Counted from the first letter of the stretch, positions 14,212 through 27,555 are shown. The stretch is 64,000 nucleotides of DNA from Octopus vulgaris (GCA_951406725.2 OX597840.1:15500001-15564000); one strand, 5' to 3'. A program made the numbers and translations. The notes: a model not told the origin generated them from the letters alone.

Positions 14212-14337
14212 ATTTATTTTATAGAAGAAGCCTCTACAGGACTAGAACTGTTTCATTCAAATGAAATCATCAGGAAGCTTCCTGATGATTTCATTTGAAT
14301 GAAACAGTTCTAGTCCTGTAGAAGCTCTTTCTATAAA

Positions 14338-14343
<6 letters not shown>
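14212..14343. repeat. Fold-back palindrome centred on AAGCTT (14277/14278)
   Basis: The arms are reverse complements with few mismatches and no loop. Confidence 0.95.
14276..14326 (+). ncRNA. Type-I hammerhead ribozyme (mirror copy on the - strand at ~14229-14279)
   Basis: AGCTTC-CTGATGA-T-TTC[ATTT]GAA-T-GAAA-CAG[TTCTAGTC]CTG-TA-GAAGCT. GUA triplet; the stem II closing pair is a U.U mismatch. Confidence 0.7.
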
Positions 14344-14403
<60 letters not shown>

Positions 14404-14634
14404 TAAGATATAAGTTAGAGATTATGCAACCATCTAAGGGATAGTTGTATCCATAGGCACTCCTGATATATTACATCAGTATATATAGACCTCATTATAA
14501 GGTATACAATAGTAGGTAAGTTAAAGGTAAAACCGTGGTTTCAATATATAAAGACGATAAAAAATGGACCAATATGACTTTAAAACACATATGATCTACT
14601 TCTCATTGTTAATTATTGCTCCATTTCTAATTGT

Positions 14635-14698
<64 letters not shown>

Positions 14699-15354
14699 AG
14701 AGTAATTATGAGCAGTATATCAAAAGGATATCCTTTAATACAGGGCAACTCGTTAGCACTCTTAAAGAGTACTAAGAGTATAGGCAAGAGTGGAAAACAA
14801 ATTTCAAAGGTTAAGTCCCTTTATCAGATTAAATCACTTCACATCATAGCCATATTCATATACTGTATCAGTTCAAGTACAAATATGCAAATCATGAAAA
14901 TGTATAATACAGAAATATACCTGCATTAAAATATTCAGTGTTAAGCATTCAAATTTTACAAATCGCTGACAAGGTTGGACAGTAGGATTCCAAGGAGTGA
15001 TGGTGTATAATGAATTAAGATGTATCTTTAGTGAGGACATATTCTTATGATCATTTTGAAAAATTTGTGTTTGAAATAGGCGAGTCTTCCATCCATCAGA
15101 ATTGACCACATTTCTCTCATCAGGGGTACATCAAAGATTTAAAGGAGTTCAAAATATTATATAATTTTGAAACATGACAGCGTTCTAAGATATTAAAATT
15201 TTATAAAGATTTGGTAAAAAGCTGAAAAATATGAGAATTTTCATAAAATTACAGATGTTGAATCAAAGAAGCATATTGTTCATGCAAGAGGAGTGAAGGG
15301 TTCAAATTAAAACTAAGTTAAATGTTTAAATAAACTATTAGATTATTGATGAAC

Positions 15355-15730
15355 AGGCATAGGAGTGGCTGTGTGATAAGTAGCTTGCTTACGAACATGG
15401 TTCCAGGTTCAGTCCCACAGCGTGGTACCTTGGGCAAGTGTCTTCTACTATAGCCTCGGGCCGACCAAAGCCTTGTGAGTGGATTTGGTAGATGGAAATT
15501 GAAAAATGCCTGTCATATATATGTGTGTGTGTGTGTGTATGTGTTTGTCCCCCCAACATCACTTGACAACCGATGCTGGTGTGTTTACGTCCCCATAACT
15601 TAGCGGTTCGGCAAAAGAGACCGATAGAACAAGTACTAGGCTTACAAAGAATAAGTCCTAGGGTCGATTTGCTCGACTAAAGGTGGTGCTCCAGCATGGC
15701 CACAGTCAAATGACTGACACAAGTAAAAAG
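15355..15730 (+). mobile_element. SINE family A, full length
   Basis: GGAGTGGCTGTGTG head to AAGTAAAAAG tail. Confidence 0.85.
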
Positions 15731-16116
15731 ATTATATTAACAATTTTAGGGTGAGTCTAGGGACATGAAAGGCTGATGGGATTAACTCCACGCTTTGGCT
15801 ATTAAAAAATTTTTTAAATATCATACAATATAAAAATTTGATTGTGTTTTATAAAAATCACTTAATTGAGAACATTTACGTGATAGGTTGATGTATTTCA
15901 CACTCGGAACTTGGTTCATTTAAATAAAGTATCAATGAATTAAGATATGTGTTTAAGCCTTTATAAAAATTCATTTAAGTCAAATGAAATGAACTGAAGG
16001 CGGAGACTGAAATTTTGTAAGCTGTTTAAGATAAAACCATGTTCGTAGGTTCAGAATTCTGATTTAGTTATTTTCTGAAGAATTTAAATAGATAAAAAAT
16101 TTGTTCTCCATTCTTG

Positions 16117-16148
<32 letters not shown>

Positions 16149-16149
<1 letters not shown>

Positions 16150-17253
16150 GAGGGGCGTTCAATAAGTAATACCTCTGACCCACCTCTAATTGTTTGATCT
16201 AGCTGAAATTTTGCATGTGCAATTATTCATATCTCTATAGATTAAGTAGCAAATTACAGCTCTGAACTAATTGTGGTTTCTGATTTACATGTGTTTGAAC
16301 TGAGTCAAGTGTGAAATGGAGCCTGTTGAGTGTCGAGCAGTGATTGGTTTTTATATTTGAAAGAACGCACACCACGGGAGACTTTTGATGAAATGAAAGT
16401 AACTTATGGTGATGATGCCCCATCATATGACCTTGTAAAACGCTGGCATCGTGAATTCAAACATGGTCGGAACTCTGTGGAAACAGCTCCCAGGTCTGGT
16501 CGCCCCCTTCCAGAAGTAAGAACGTGTCGAGTGCTCGAGGATGAATTTGAAGATGTGCCAAGAAGATGAGACAAAATTTTTCAAAAGACTGATTACACAG
16601 GATGAAACATGGGTCCATCACTATTATCCAGAGACCAAAGCCCAGTCAATGCAGTGGAAGCACCGTGACTCACCTCCTCTAAAGAAGGCAAGGGTGCAGC
16701 CCTCCACTGGCAAGGTCATGCTCACAGTCTTCTGGGACCAGGACGGAGTAGTGATGACAGATTTCCTGGCAAAGGGTACCACAATTACAGGAGCCTATTA
16801 TGCTTCACTTTTGAGGAAATTGAGAGAAGCTATCAAAATCAAGAGGCTGGGCAAGATCAGCAAAGGCATCCTCCTCCTGCAGGACAACGCTCCGGTCCAC
16901 AACTCTCTTGTCGCCTGATCAGAAGCACAGGCGTGCGGCTATGAACTCCTCCCCATCCCCCTACTCTCCTGACCTTGCACCCTCTGATTTTCACCTCTTC
17001 CCAGTTATGAAGTTGTTTTTGAAAGGAAAGCGTTTCCCAGATGATGCAGCCTTGATTTCTGAAGTCACGTCGTGGTTGGAGGACCAAGCTGGGGTCTTCT
17101 ACAAAAACGGTCTCCAGAGCTGCATCAAACAATGGGAGAAATGCGTAACTCTGGGTGGTTCCTATGTAGAAAAAGACTAATAACTGTGCCAAGTTTCGTT
17201 GCTCTACTGCTATGGGAAGTGGGTCAGGGGCATTACTTATTGAACGCCCCTCG
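16149..17253 (+). mobile_element. Mariner (Tc1/mariner) DNA transposon with both TIRs
   Basis: CGAGGGGCGTTCAATAAGTAAT TIRs (~38 bp, 3 mismatches). TA target site inside (TA)n. Confidence 0.95.
16316..17180 (+). pseudogene. Mariner transposase pseudogene (frameshifts, internal deletion)
   Basis: HTH ending RSGRP, then ITQDETW, LLLQDNAPVH and YSPDLAPSDFHLF motifs across three frames. The second HTH/WVP-linker region is missing after RSGRP. Confidence 0.92.
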
Positions 17254-17286
<33 letters not shown>

Positions 17287-17288
<2 letters not shown>

Positions 17289-18176
17289 CATCATCGTTTA
17301 ATGTCCGTTTTCCGCGCTAGCACGGGTTGGACGGTTCGACCGGGGTCTGGGAAGCCAGGGGCCGCTCCAGGCTCCAGTCTGATCTGGCAAAGTTTCTACG
17401 GCTGGATGCCCTTCCTAACGCCAACCACTCCGTGAGTGGAGTGGGTGCTTTTTACGTGCCACCTGCACAGGGGCCGGGGGTCTGGCATCGGTCACGATCG
17501 GCTCGAGCTTTTAACGTGCCAGCGGCACGGGGGCAACGGGATCCGGGGTACTTTGGGGATCCAGGGTACTTTGAATGGGTAGGGGGTATGTGGAATTGCT
17601 GCAGAAAGCAGCCCGGGTCTTTGCAGTCACAGCATATTTCCAGAGATCTCGGTCCTTCGCCATTGCCTCAGTGAGGCCCAATGCTCTGAGGTCATGCTTG
17701 ACTACTTCATCCCATGTCTTCCTGGGTCTACCTCTCCCCCTGATACCTTCAACTGCTTGGGAGTGGCACTTCTTCACACATCTCTCTTCATCCATCAGCA
17801 GCACATGACCATACCATCGCAAGCGTTGCTCTTGCACACCACATCTGATGCTTCTTATATCCAGCATTTCTCTCAGGATGCTTACACTCTGTCTTGCATG
17901 CACACTGACACTACACATCCAGCGGATCATGCTAGCTTCATTTCTTTCAAGTCTACGCATGTCCTCTGCAGTCACAGCCCATGTTTCATTACCGTGAAGC
18001 ATGGCAATTCGCACACATGCATCATACAGTCTACCTTTCGCTCTGAGGGAGAGACCTTTTGTTGCCAGTAGGGGTAGGAGCTTTCTGAACTTTGCCCAGG
18101 CTATTCGTATTCTAGTGGTGATACTCTCTGTGCATCCACCTCCGCTACTAACTTGGTCACCCAGGTAGCAGAAACT
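17287..18176 (-). mobile_element. 5'-truncated RTE-clade LINE (RT C-terminus, 3' UTR, GAT tail)
   Basis: ORF 17511..18236 contains FCYLG, RIRIAWAKF, GNETW, RLRWYGHV and GRGRPRKTW motifs typical of RTE ORF2. Confidence 0.9.
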
Positions 18177-18200
18177 ATATATATATATATACACATATAC

Positions 18201-18235
<35 letters not shown>

Positions 18236-19046
18236 TACATTATATGTCCGGAAGTTGTAGAATGTGTGATATATTTTCAAAATGTCATTAATGACTTGTA
18301 GCTGTGAATAGTTAATTAACTGCTTCCCTTCTGGTGTTGTGGAACTGATCTTCACTAAGACTAATGGTGGTGGAGGGGGGGGCAGGTGTACATGTACCGT
18401 GTGTGTGTGTGTGTGTGTATATGTATGTGTGTATGTGCATATGTATATATGTGTGTATGTGTGTGTGTGCATTTGTATATATGTGTGTATGCATATGTAT
18501 ATATGTATATGTGTATCTATGTGTGTGCATTTGTATGTGTGTGTGCATGTGTATATGTATGTGTATGTGTGTATGCATATGTATATATGTGTGTGTGTGT
18601 ATATGTATATATGTATGTGCGTATGTGTGTGTTATCTAAATATGTACATGTGTGTGTATGCATGTGTGTTTCAACAAGTTTGTGTGTTTCTTAGTGTGCG
18701 TATTTATTTTTCTTCGTGTCTTGTGTTCAGTCATTAGGCTGCTGCCATTCTGGAGCACTTCTTTATAGCCTGTAGTTCAGTTGATTCCATTGTCCTCCAT
18801 ATTCATTTTATTGACCCCAGTAGGATAAAACAGATCTGGATGAGATTTGAACTACTAATGTCAATATTAGCAGGAATCCCGAAATTCAGCAAACCTAAAT
18901 TGAAGATTACCAATTTTGAAATATTCCGGGAGGTATAAAGAATGAACCAAAAATCATCTCAGTTCATTCAACCATTTTAATAACAACATCTCATTGCACC
19001 ACACCTGGTTATATGACTCAAACTTCCTGTTTTAAGGTGACTTCAC

Positions 19047-19418
19047 CCCTTTAGCATTTTAACTGGCTACTTCATGCCCATATATTCTACATGTTTTATG
19101 TTCAAACTGGCCAGATTCAGCCTCTCACACTTACCCTACAATGTCATTCTCAAAATATGCAATCAACTTCATTGAAATCTTGAAGAAATGTATAATTAAT
19201 TGAAACCAATTTCAATGAATGTGGAGGCACATGGCCTAGTGGTTAGAGCAGCGGACTGCAACAGACTTGCGTCCCGTCCAGGTGGGGAACCTACACGCCA
19301 AGGAAACTGGGAAACCGGCCCTTATGAGCCAGGCATGGCTTGAGAAGGAACAAACAACAACAATTTCAATGAATAAGCATTATGTCTGACTGAGTAATTT
19401 GACTACCAAAGGGTTAGA
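19047..19418. mobile_element. piggyBac-like MITE (second family) carrying a nested SINE
   Basis: CCCCTTTAGCATT...CAAAGGG-TTAG. Homologous to ~8550-8750 and 43195-43395. Confidence 0.55.
19221..19360 (+). mobile_element. tRNA-headed SINE family C, internally deleted, 14-bp TSD
   Basis: TGGCCTAGTGGTTAGAGC A-box head. TSD CAATTTCAATGAAT at 19207-19220 and 19361-19374. Confidence 0.8.
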
Positions 19419-19998
19419 TTACAATATTTGATGGCATAAAAGACAAACAGACATACTTGATGCTTCTCAATTTCTGCAGCACAAATTCAGGAGGAAAGCA
19501 TCATGAACAGAATTATCTTAAGGAAGTCCAAATTCTCGAATGATATCCAGAAGAATTTTTTTCTTTTTGAAACATACTTTAGCAGAAAAAATGTATCCGA
19601 TATGACATAAAAGACAATAAAACCTTTCATCAAGATTTCCTCTTAATTTATTTTCTAAAAACCAGCTTAATAATGACAAAGTTATTCTATTAAATTCTTC
19701 CTTATTTTCAAAATTAATTCGAAAAGAAAAGGCTATATGTTTCAATAGAAATATGATAACAATATTCTTTCATTCTTTTACTTGTTTCAGTCAATTTGAC
19801 TGTGGCCATGCTGGAGCACCGCCTTTAGTCAAACAGATTGACCCCAGGACTTATTCTTTGTAAGCCTAGTACTTATTCCATTAGTCTCTTTTGCTAAACT
19901 GCTAAGTTACAGGGATGTGAACACACCTACATTTGTTATCAAGCAATGGTGGGGGGGGGACAAACACAGACACACAAATACATACATATGTATATATG

Positions 19999-20041
<43 letters not shown>

Positions 20042-20046
20042 ATATG

Positions 20047-20410
20047 TGGAGGCACAATGGCTCAGTGGTTAGGGCAGTGAACTCGCGGTCATAGGATTGC
20101 AGTTTCAATTCCCAGACCAGGTGTTATGAGTGTTTATTGAGCAAAAACACTTAAAGCTCTTCGAGGCTCCAGCATGGGGGGGGGAGCAAACCCTGCTGTA
20201 CACTTTCACCACAACTTTCTCTCACTCTTTCTTCCTGTTTCTGTTGTACCTGTATTTCAAAGGGCCAGCCTTGTCACACTCTGTGTCATGCTGAATCTCT
20301 TCTAAGAACTACGTTAAGGGTACACATGTCTGTGGATTGCTCAGCCACTTGCACATTAATTTAACGAGCAGGCTATTCCATTGATCAGATCAAATGGAAC
20401 CCTCGTTGTT
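20047..20410 (+). mobile_element. tRNA-headed SINE (family C-related)
   Basis: TGGCTCAGTGGTTAGGGC..GTTTCAATTCC head. Body similar to 37820-38095. Confidence 0.7.
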
Positions 20411-20735
20411 GTGCTATGACTGTATTGATATATATATATATATATAGTATATCATACTGTGTGGACTAAGATCCCCGTTGAAAGGTCGCTGGTATTTATA
20501 GAGTGTTAAATGCTTTCAGTATGCAAATTAGGGTCTCCTTCATAGAGTAACTGCTGCATTTGTTGAGTATGTAAACAGTTTCACTGCCTGTTTCTCTTGA
20601 AGCTATCAGAATGATGTAGACACCTCTAGTGAGAACCCAATAAGGTTTAAAAAAATCAATTAAGGTTGTTCATAATTTTTTTCTGTCTGTGGAGAAATGG
20701 CTAAAATTTGCCCAGTTTATAATTATACCATATAT

Positions 20736-20781
<46 letters not shown>

Positions 20782-20870
20782 CATACACACACACAGTGAT
20801 CTTCTTTCTGTTTCCATCTACCAAATACACTCACAAAGCTTTGGTTGGCCTGAGGCTATAATAGAAGACA

Positions 20871-21105
20871 TGAAGGCGGTGAGCTGGCAATAACATTAGC
20901 ATGCTGGGCGAAATGCTTTGCGGTATTTCGTCTGCCATTACATTCTGAGTTCAAATTCCGCCAAGATCAACTTTGCCTTTCATCCTTTCGGGGTGGATTA
21001 AATAAGTACTAGTTACGCACTGGGGTCGATATAATCGACTTAATCCACTTGTCTGTCCTTGTTTGTTGCCTCTGTGTACAGCCCCTTGTGGGCAGTAACG
21101 AAATA
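20871..21105 (+). mobile_element. SINE family B inserted into a family A SINE
   Basis: TSD AGAAGACA at 20863-20870 and 21106-21113. Family A sequence resumes on both sides. Confidence 0.8.
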
Positions 21106-22114
21106 AGAAGACACTTGCCCAAGATGCCATGAAGTGGGACTGAACCCTGAACCATCTGGTTGGGAAGTAAGTTTCTTACCACACAGCCACGCCTGCACCT
21201 TTATGTTAATCCTTTCCATATCGACCTGTCAGAGACAGACCCTGGTTGTGTGATAAGAGATAATTCTTTATCTTTTTTCAAAATTTGATTGAAACAAAAG
21301 CAGTGTATTTCAACAGAGGTACGTTAGCGAAAGGGTTAAGGCTGGCATCATGGAGAAATTTGTGAAATTCTTTCCGATCCAAAAGCCATGGGAATTTAAA
21401 AGTTTCAACTGATTAGAATCATTGGGATTCCCAAATTCAAAATAAAAACCAAAGTTGGAAATTATAAATGGCAAGACGTGGCAACGGTCTCAGATGGTGT
21501 TTTAATACTTGTCCCAGATGACTTAAAGATATATTGACCTAGAGTTTTTAACATATCAGCATCTTGGAACTGTTGAAAGTAGAATGGCTTAAAGGCAGCA
21601 TTCTTCTAACTGAATCCAATAAAACAATTTAATAAATAAACAGAAATAGGGTTTTTGTTCTTAATAATTATAGATTTTTAATTAAGTTATCATCGTTAAA
21701 ATAGATAATTTAAATAACAGAAATGAATTATTTTCTACAGGAAATTAATAAAAACAGGTTATTAAATGTTGTTGTTGTAGATTGTTTGATTCCAAGTCTT
21801 TTCTATCTAAGCAGATATATCATCACAGGTATTCCAGCCATGACCATCCTGCCATATTTTCCTCACTAGACATAATGTATGTAGTCTATGTTGTCTGATG
21901 TATCATTTGCTTGGTTAAGACTGTAATCTGTGATTTGAGGGAGATTTGGCTGCTATCTCTTGCAGTTCTAGAAACAAAGTCTTTAGCTGGGGAAGGGGGG
22001 ACACATTTTCATAAATGGGTATATGGGTGTGTGGTGTGTGTGTGTGTGCCTGTGCATGTACACCTGTGTGTATGTGTGTACGTATATGTACATACACACA
22101 TACACACACACACA

Positions 22115-22655
22115 TATACTCTGCCACCATTTATCTCTCTCTTGCCCTACTCTACCATCCCATTTATATTCTGATCCCCTGTATCTTGAAGGTATGCCCT
22201 GGCACTTCACCACCATCTCTCTCCTGCACCACCATCTCTCTCCTGCACTCTCTCACACTCTTTTTTCTCTCTCTGTCTCACTCTCTCCCTCTCTCTTTTT
22301 TCTCTCTCTGTCTCACTCTCTTTCACTCTCTTCTCTGACTGGGTAACCATTTATCTCCTCTACAGCAAGACACTTGTTCCTGTCCCTCTGTCACACCCTA
22401 AACTCTCATCACCCAGAACAAGGCCACTTCTTCCAAATATCCTCTTACATTTGCAAACACACAGATACACACATGCAGAGGGTGAGAGAGAATGAGAGAG
22501 AGAGAGGGGATAGTTTAAGAGAGAAAGAGGGTGGGAGTGTGAGAGAGTGCAGGAGAGAGATGACAGTGCCAGGGCATACCCTCAACATACGGGGATCAGA
22601 ATATAAATGGGATGGTAGAGCGGGGCAAGAGAGAGCTAGAGGGTGGCAGAGTATA
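22115..22655. mobile_element. Fold-back/MITE-like element with long imperfect TIRs
   Basis: TATACTCTGCCACC...CCCATTTATATTCTGATCCCC at left is the reverse complement of GGGGATCAGAATATAAATGGG...GGTGGCAGAGTATA at right. Confidence 0.7.
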
Positions 22656-22678
22656 ACTTAGATGTGTGTGTGTGTGTA

Positions 22679-22748
<70 letters not shown>

Positions 22749-23361
22749 GCCCCACCAGCTGGTGTCATGTAGGAAGCACTTAGCCCACTCTGTAAGATGG
22801 TTGGTGATAGGAAGGGCATCCAGCTGTAAAAACCCTGCCAAAACCGACAGTGAAGCCTGGTGTTGTCTTCTGCCTGGCTAGCTCCTGCCAAACCATCCAG
22901 TCCCTGCCAGCAGAGAAAATGGGCATTAAATGATGATGATGACGATGACAATGTATGTGCAGACTTATTTGTTTGTTTATTGCAAAAATCCCAAAAACTA
23001 AACGCATATCTATAATGAATTCTTCATTACTAAAGATTTGGTGCAGTCAAGTTTACAGTCAGCCAACTACATCAAAGAAGCTAAAACAATGCATATGCAA
23101 TGGTGATATAAGTGAGGGATTATCAATCTGAGCTAAATACTTTATAATCTCTTTGTAAGTACAGGCTAAGAATAGTGTTTAGATTAGTAAAAAACCTCAC
23201 ATAACCTAAAATGACTGCTAGAAACAGCTGTAAATCAAATTTACAATAACAAAAATATCTAATGACTATTATTTATACCTTCTCTTGTGTATGTGTTTAT
23301 ATATATATACACACACACAAACATACACATATATATGTACATATGCGGATACATATAATTA

Positions 23362-23762
23362 TTCTTTCATTTATTCTTTTATTTGTTTCAGTCATTTGAC
23401 TGTAGCCATGCTGGAGCACTGCCTTTAGTCGAGCAAATCGACCCCAGGACTTATTCTTTGTAAGCCTAATACTTATTCTATCGGTCTCTCTTGCCGAACC
23501 ACTAGGTGACGGGAACGTAAACACACCAGCATTGGTTGTCAAACGATGTTGGGGGGACAAACACAGACACACAAACATATGCATACACACACACACACAC
23601 ATATATATATATACGACGGGCTTCTTTCAGCTTCCATCTACCAAATCCACCCACAAGGCTTTGGTCAGCCCGAGGCTACAGTAGAAGACACTTGCCCAAG
23701 GTGCCACGCAGTGGGACTGAATCCGGAACCTTGTGGTTGATAAGCAAGCTACTTACCACACT
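23362..23762 (-). mobile_element. SINE family A
   Basis: Full reverse copy. Confidence 0.85.
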
Positions 23763-23803
<41 letters not shown>

Positions 23804-24057
23804 CATACATACATATATATATATATGCACATGCACACACTATGCAGAGGCTTCTGTACAGTTTCCACAAACCAGTTCCACTCACAAGACATTAGTTAGC
23901 CCAATGTTATAGTAGAAGAAACTTGCCCAAGGTGCCACACTATGGGCCCCTACCTTAGACCATGTGGTGATAAAGTGAATATCATAAGAACATGGTTATG
24001 CTTGCACCTATACATCTATTATATATTTTATTATATAGAGGCAAACTGGCTGTGTGG

Positions 24058-25115
24058 TAATAATAATAATGAAATTATTGTATACAGTGCTCAGGTGCAC
24101 CACAACTTGTCAGAAAGTGCATATAAAGTACATGCAGTAATTTAGAAATGTCTGGAAAGTGAACATACTTGTGTGTGTATGGAGGGGAGAAAATCAAGTG
24201 TAGTGTTGGCGAATCTCAGGAAGCATGGAAGTTTTGAAGGATGCAGTGCTCCGACAACTAACAACCGATGCCGGCAGTTTGTTCCACGCTTCAGCAACTC
24301 TCAGCGTGAAAAAATGTTTCCTGAAGTCATGGGAGCTGTGCTGTTTTCTTACTTTGTAAATATGTCCACAGGTGTTAGATGGGTGGAGTTTGAAGAGGTG
24401 CTCAGAGTTATTGTTTGTGCGATGGTTGATAATTTTATGGGTGTCTGCCAAGTCAGCTGCCAGACGTCGGAGTTTCAATGTGTCCATGCCCAGGGAAGTA
24501 AGGCGTTCAGGATATGGCAAATGCCTGATGGAGGGTATTCTTTTGGTTGCACGTCGCTGAACAGCTTCCAGACGATTGATGTCCTGGGCAAGATAGGGGT
24601 TCCAGACCGGTGATGCAAATTCCAGGTGAGGTCTTACCATAGCTATATAAAGCCACAGATAGATAGCTGGAGAGCGGCTCACAAAGGATTTGGTGAGTGA
24701 TGCCAAGACACCCTCAGCCTTCTTGACAATTTTAGCGATGTGTTTTGTCCAATGCAAATCACTGTCGACAATAACACCCAGGTCACGTTCACTTGAGGAC
24801 TTTTTGAGACTAGTGTTGTGGAGGGAGTAGGTGGACGCTGGGTTTCTCCTCCCAAAATGCATGGTGGTACATTTGTCCACAGCCAGCTTGAGTTGCCAGT
24901 CCATGATCCACTGCTGCATTGTGTCCAGGTCTGCTTGCAATAGAGATCCATAGTGTACAGGATTTGACCTCTTTATTTTGAGGTACAGCTTGATGTCATC
25001 TGCATATTTCAGCACTGTGGCATTCTTTAAGTTGGCATCTATGTCATTAACATATGCAACAAATAAAGGGGGGCCAAGAACAGATCCCTGCGGCACACAA
25101 GATGTCATCTCATAT
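24058..25115 (-). mobile_element. 5'-truncated CR1/L2-group LINE (RT and C-terminus, (ATT)n tail)
   Basis: Open frame 24194..~25112 contains VPQGSVLGP, YADDIKL, RDLGV, RPHLEFASPVWNP, EAVQRRATK and RVAEAWNKLP. TAA repeats mark the 3' end. Confidence 0.92.
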
Positions 25116-25163
25116 ATATAAGAAGCTTGCTTCCAAACCATATGGTTCTGGGTTCAGTCCCAC

Positions 25164-25424
25164 AGTGCTATGTCTTTTCATCAAACGTCTTTTTGTCCAC
25201 ATCTTTTAGTCTGGCGTCTTTTTGTCCAATGATTCTTTTTTTGTGCAACGACAAATCCTATGAATAAAATTCATGATGATTATTTGATTTTGTTGTTCAC
25301 CTTGTTTTCTAAAGAGTTTATTTAAAATTGGACAAGAAGTCATTGGACAAAAAAACCATCTGACAAAAAGACGTTGGACCAAAAGACATGGACGAAGTGA
25401 AATCAGATGAAAAGTCAGGTCATG
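25164..25424. mobile_element. Mutator-like MITE with 9-bp TSD
   Basis: CAGTCCCAC duplicated at 25155-25163 and 25425-25433. Subterminal CTTTTCATC/GATGAAAAG and repeated GTCTTTT(T)GTCC/GGAC(C)AAAAGAC motifs. Confidence 0.6.
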
Positions 25425-25756
25425 CAGTCCCACTGAGTGGCACAAAGGGCCAGTGTCTTCTACCATAGCTATGGGCTGACCACAGCCTTGTGTGTGGATT
25501 TGGTAGATGGGAACTGAAAGAAGCCCACTGTGTGTGTGTGTTTGTCCCCCACCACTGTTTGACAATGGGTAGTGTGTTTATGTCCCCTATAACTTAGCAG
25601 CTCAGTGGAAGTGACCAATAGAATAAGTACCAGGCTTTATAAAAAAAGTAAGTTCTGGAGTTGATTTATTTGTTTGACTAAAATTCATGGCAGTACCCCA
25701 GCATGGCCATAGTCTGATGACTGAAATAAGAAAAAGATAGAAATAAAATATATATG

Positions 25757-26185
25757 ACTAGTGACCTTTGGTGATGTACTGTGCTTGAGAGGATCAAGTG
25801 CACCTGTACTGGTAGCACATAGAAAGACCTTTCGAGCATTCGACCTCACGGAAACAAAGTAGCTGAGTTCCATTCGAGTGTTGGGCCTCACAGAGGCAAT
25901 GACTGAGACCTTAGGCATTGTCACGCTTGAGAAGAAGACGCATGAAGCCAAGCAAAATCGTAGTTGTGGCAGATACGGGTGTCATGCACCCATGTTTGTG
26001 GCATGTAAAAGCACCATTACACTCTTCCAGAGTGGTTGTCATTAGGAAGGGCATCCAGCCATAGAAAACCATGCCAAATCAGACTGGAGTCTGGTGCAGC
26101 CTTCCAACTTGTCAGCCCTGGTCAGACTATCCAACCCATGCCAACATGGACAACAGATGTTAAATGAGGATGATGATAATGATGA
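25757..26185 (+). mobile_element. RTE-LINE 3' UTR fragment
   Basis: Shared AGGAAGGGCATCCAGCC terminal module and GAT tail. Confidence 0.7.
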
Positions 26186-26284
26186 TATATATATATATAT
26201 ATAAACATACATACGCACACACATACACCATATACACACACATATATATATACAAACACATACACATACGGACATATATTTACA

Positions 26285-26317
<33 letters not shown>

Positions 26318-26538
26318 GTGTGTATGTATATAATTTATGTATATGTATATATGTGTGCGTATATGTGTATATATATATATATATATATTCACACATACAC
26401 ACACATATATATACACACAAACTCTCATGCATGTATGCCCATTGATAAAATCATATATAATTTAGCTATATATATGTACATGTAAATATATATATATACA
26501 TATATATGTGTGAGTGTATATGTGTATATATATATATA

Positions 26539-26572
<34 letters not shown>

Positions 26573-27298
26573 CACATGCATATGCATATATAAAATATGT
26601 ATATATATATATGTGTGTGTGTATAAAAATGTATTTATTATATGTATACTTATACATAGTATAGGTATACATATAATAAATACATTTATACACGCACACA
26701 CAGATACACATATACATATGCATACACACACATATATGCTTATTGATTACTGCATGCAATACAATGTAGTGCTATATACACCTATTGAGACAAACTGCTA
26801 TATAATTTTAGTTGTATTTACTTATTGATTATTAATAAAGAAACAAAACAACAACAGCAAAAATATATACTTCAAAGAAATAAGAAATATAAAAAAAAAG
26901 ACTCATAGCAACAAAGGTAAGGGAACAAGTTGTTGTATTGAAATAAAAGTTTTTTGTGTTTTGGCTGGAAATCAAGCATTTTGGACAAGCAGTTGGGTGG
27001 TGGTGGTGGTGGGGGATTCATATAGTCTGTTAAATAACTGCAACCGCTACCATCATTGGCCACCCTGCACTACTTGTTGTCTGATATTTAGATTTGGGTG
27101 CGGAGTGGGTTGTCAGTGGTGATGGGCGAGAGAAAAGAGTCAGTGGTGGGGTGCAGGTGGGGTTATTTACAATCCTAGGAAGGACAAACGTCAGAAGTCT
27201 TGGTAGAAATTGAAAACTTTGAGATTTCTCCCAACTGGAGCTGGCAAACCATTCTTTTTGGTAGGGTCAATATCAATTACCTTTTATCATCATCATCA

Positions 27299-27555
27299 TG
27301 GAGGTGCGTGGCTTAGTGGTTAGGGTGTCAGCATCATGATCGTAAAATTGTGGTCTCGATTCCTGGACCGGGCGATGCGTTGTGTTCTTGAGCAAAACAC
27401 TTCATTTCATGTTGCTCCAGTCCACTCAGCTGGCAAAAATGAGTAACGCTGCGATGGATTAGCCTCCCGTCCAGCTGGGGGGAAAACATACGCCAAAGAA
27501 ACCGGGAAACCAGGCCCATGAGCCTGGCTAGGCTTTAAAAGGGGGCATTTATTTA
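27299..27555 (+). mobile_element. tRNA-headed SINE family C
   Basis: TGGCTTAGTGGTTAGGGTG A-box, GGTCTCGATTCC B-box-like motif, (TTTA)n tail. Confidence 0.8.

Noticed and set aside
15100-15125. CTGATGA (- strand) and a possible decayed coding remnant across 14690-16120
   Set aside because: No HHR helices and no recognisable protein motif; unresolved without a homology search.
16330-17180. Active mariner transposase
   Set aside because: Frameshifts and an internal deletion make it non-functional, although the TIRs are intact.
27030-27175. Candidate minus-strand exon after TTCCTAG (similar acceptor-like sites near 34280, 43790, 54250, 63175)
   Set aside because: Acceptor-like pyrimidine tracts are common in this composition; there is no recognisable peptide or coherent gene model.
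27299-27370. tRNA-like sequences (also 1-58, 19221, 20047, 45806)
   Set aside because: They are SINE heads continuing into SINE bodies, with no complete cloverleaf.
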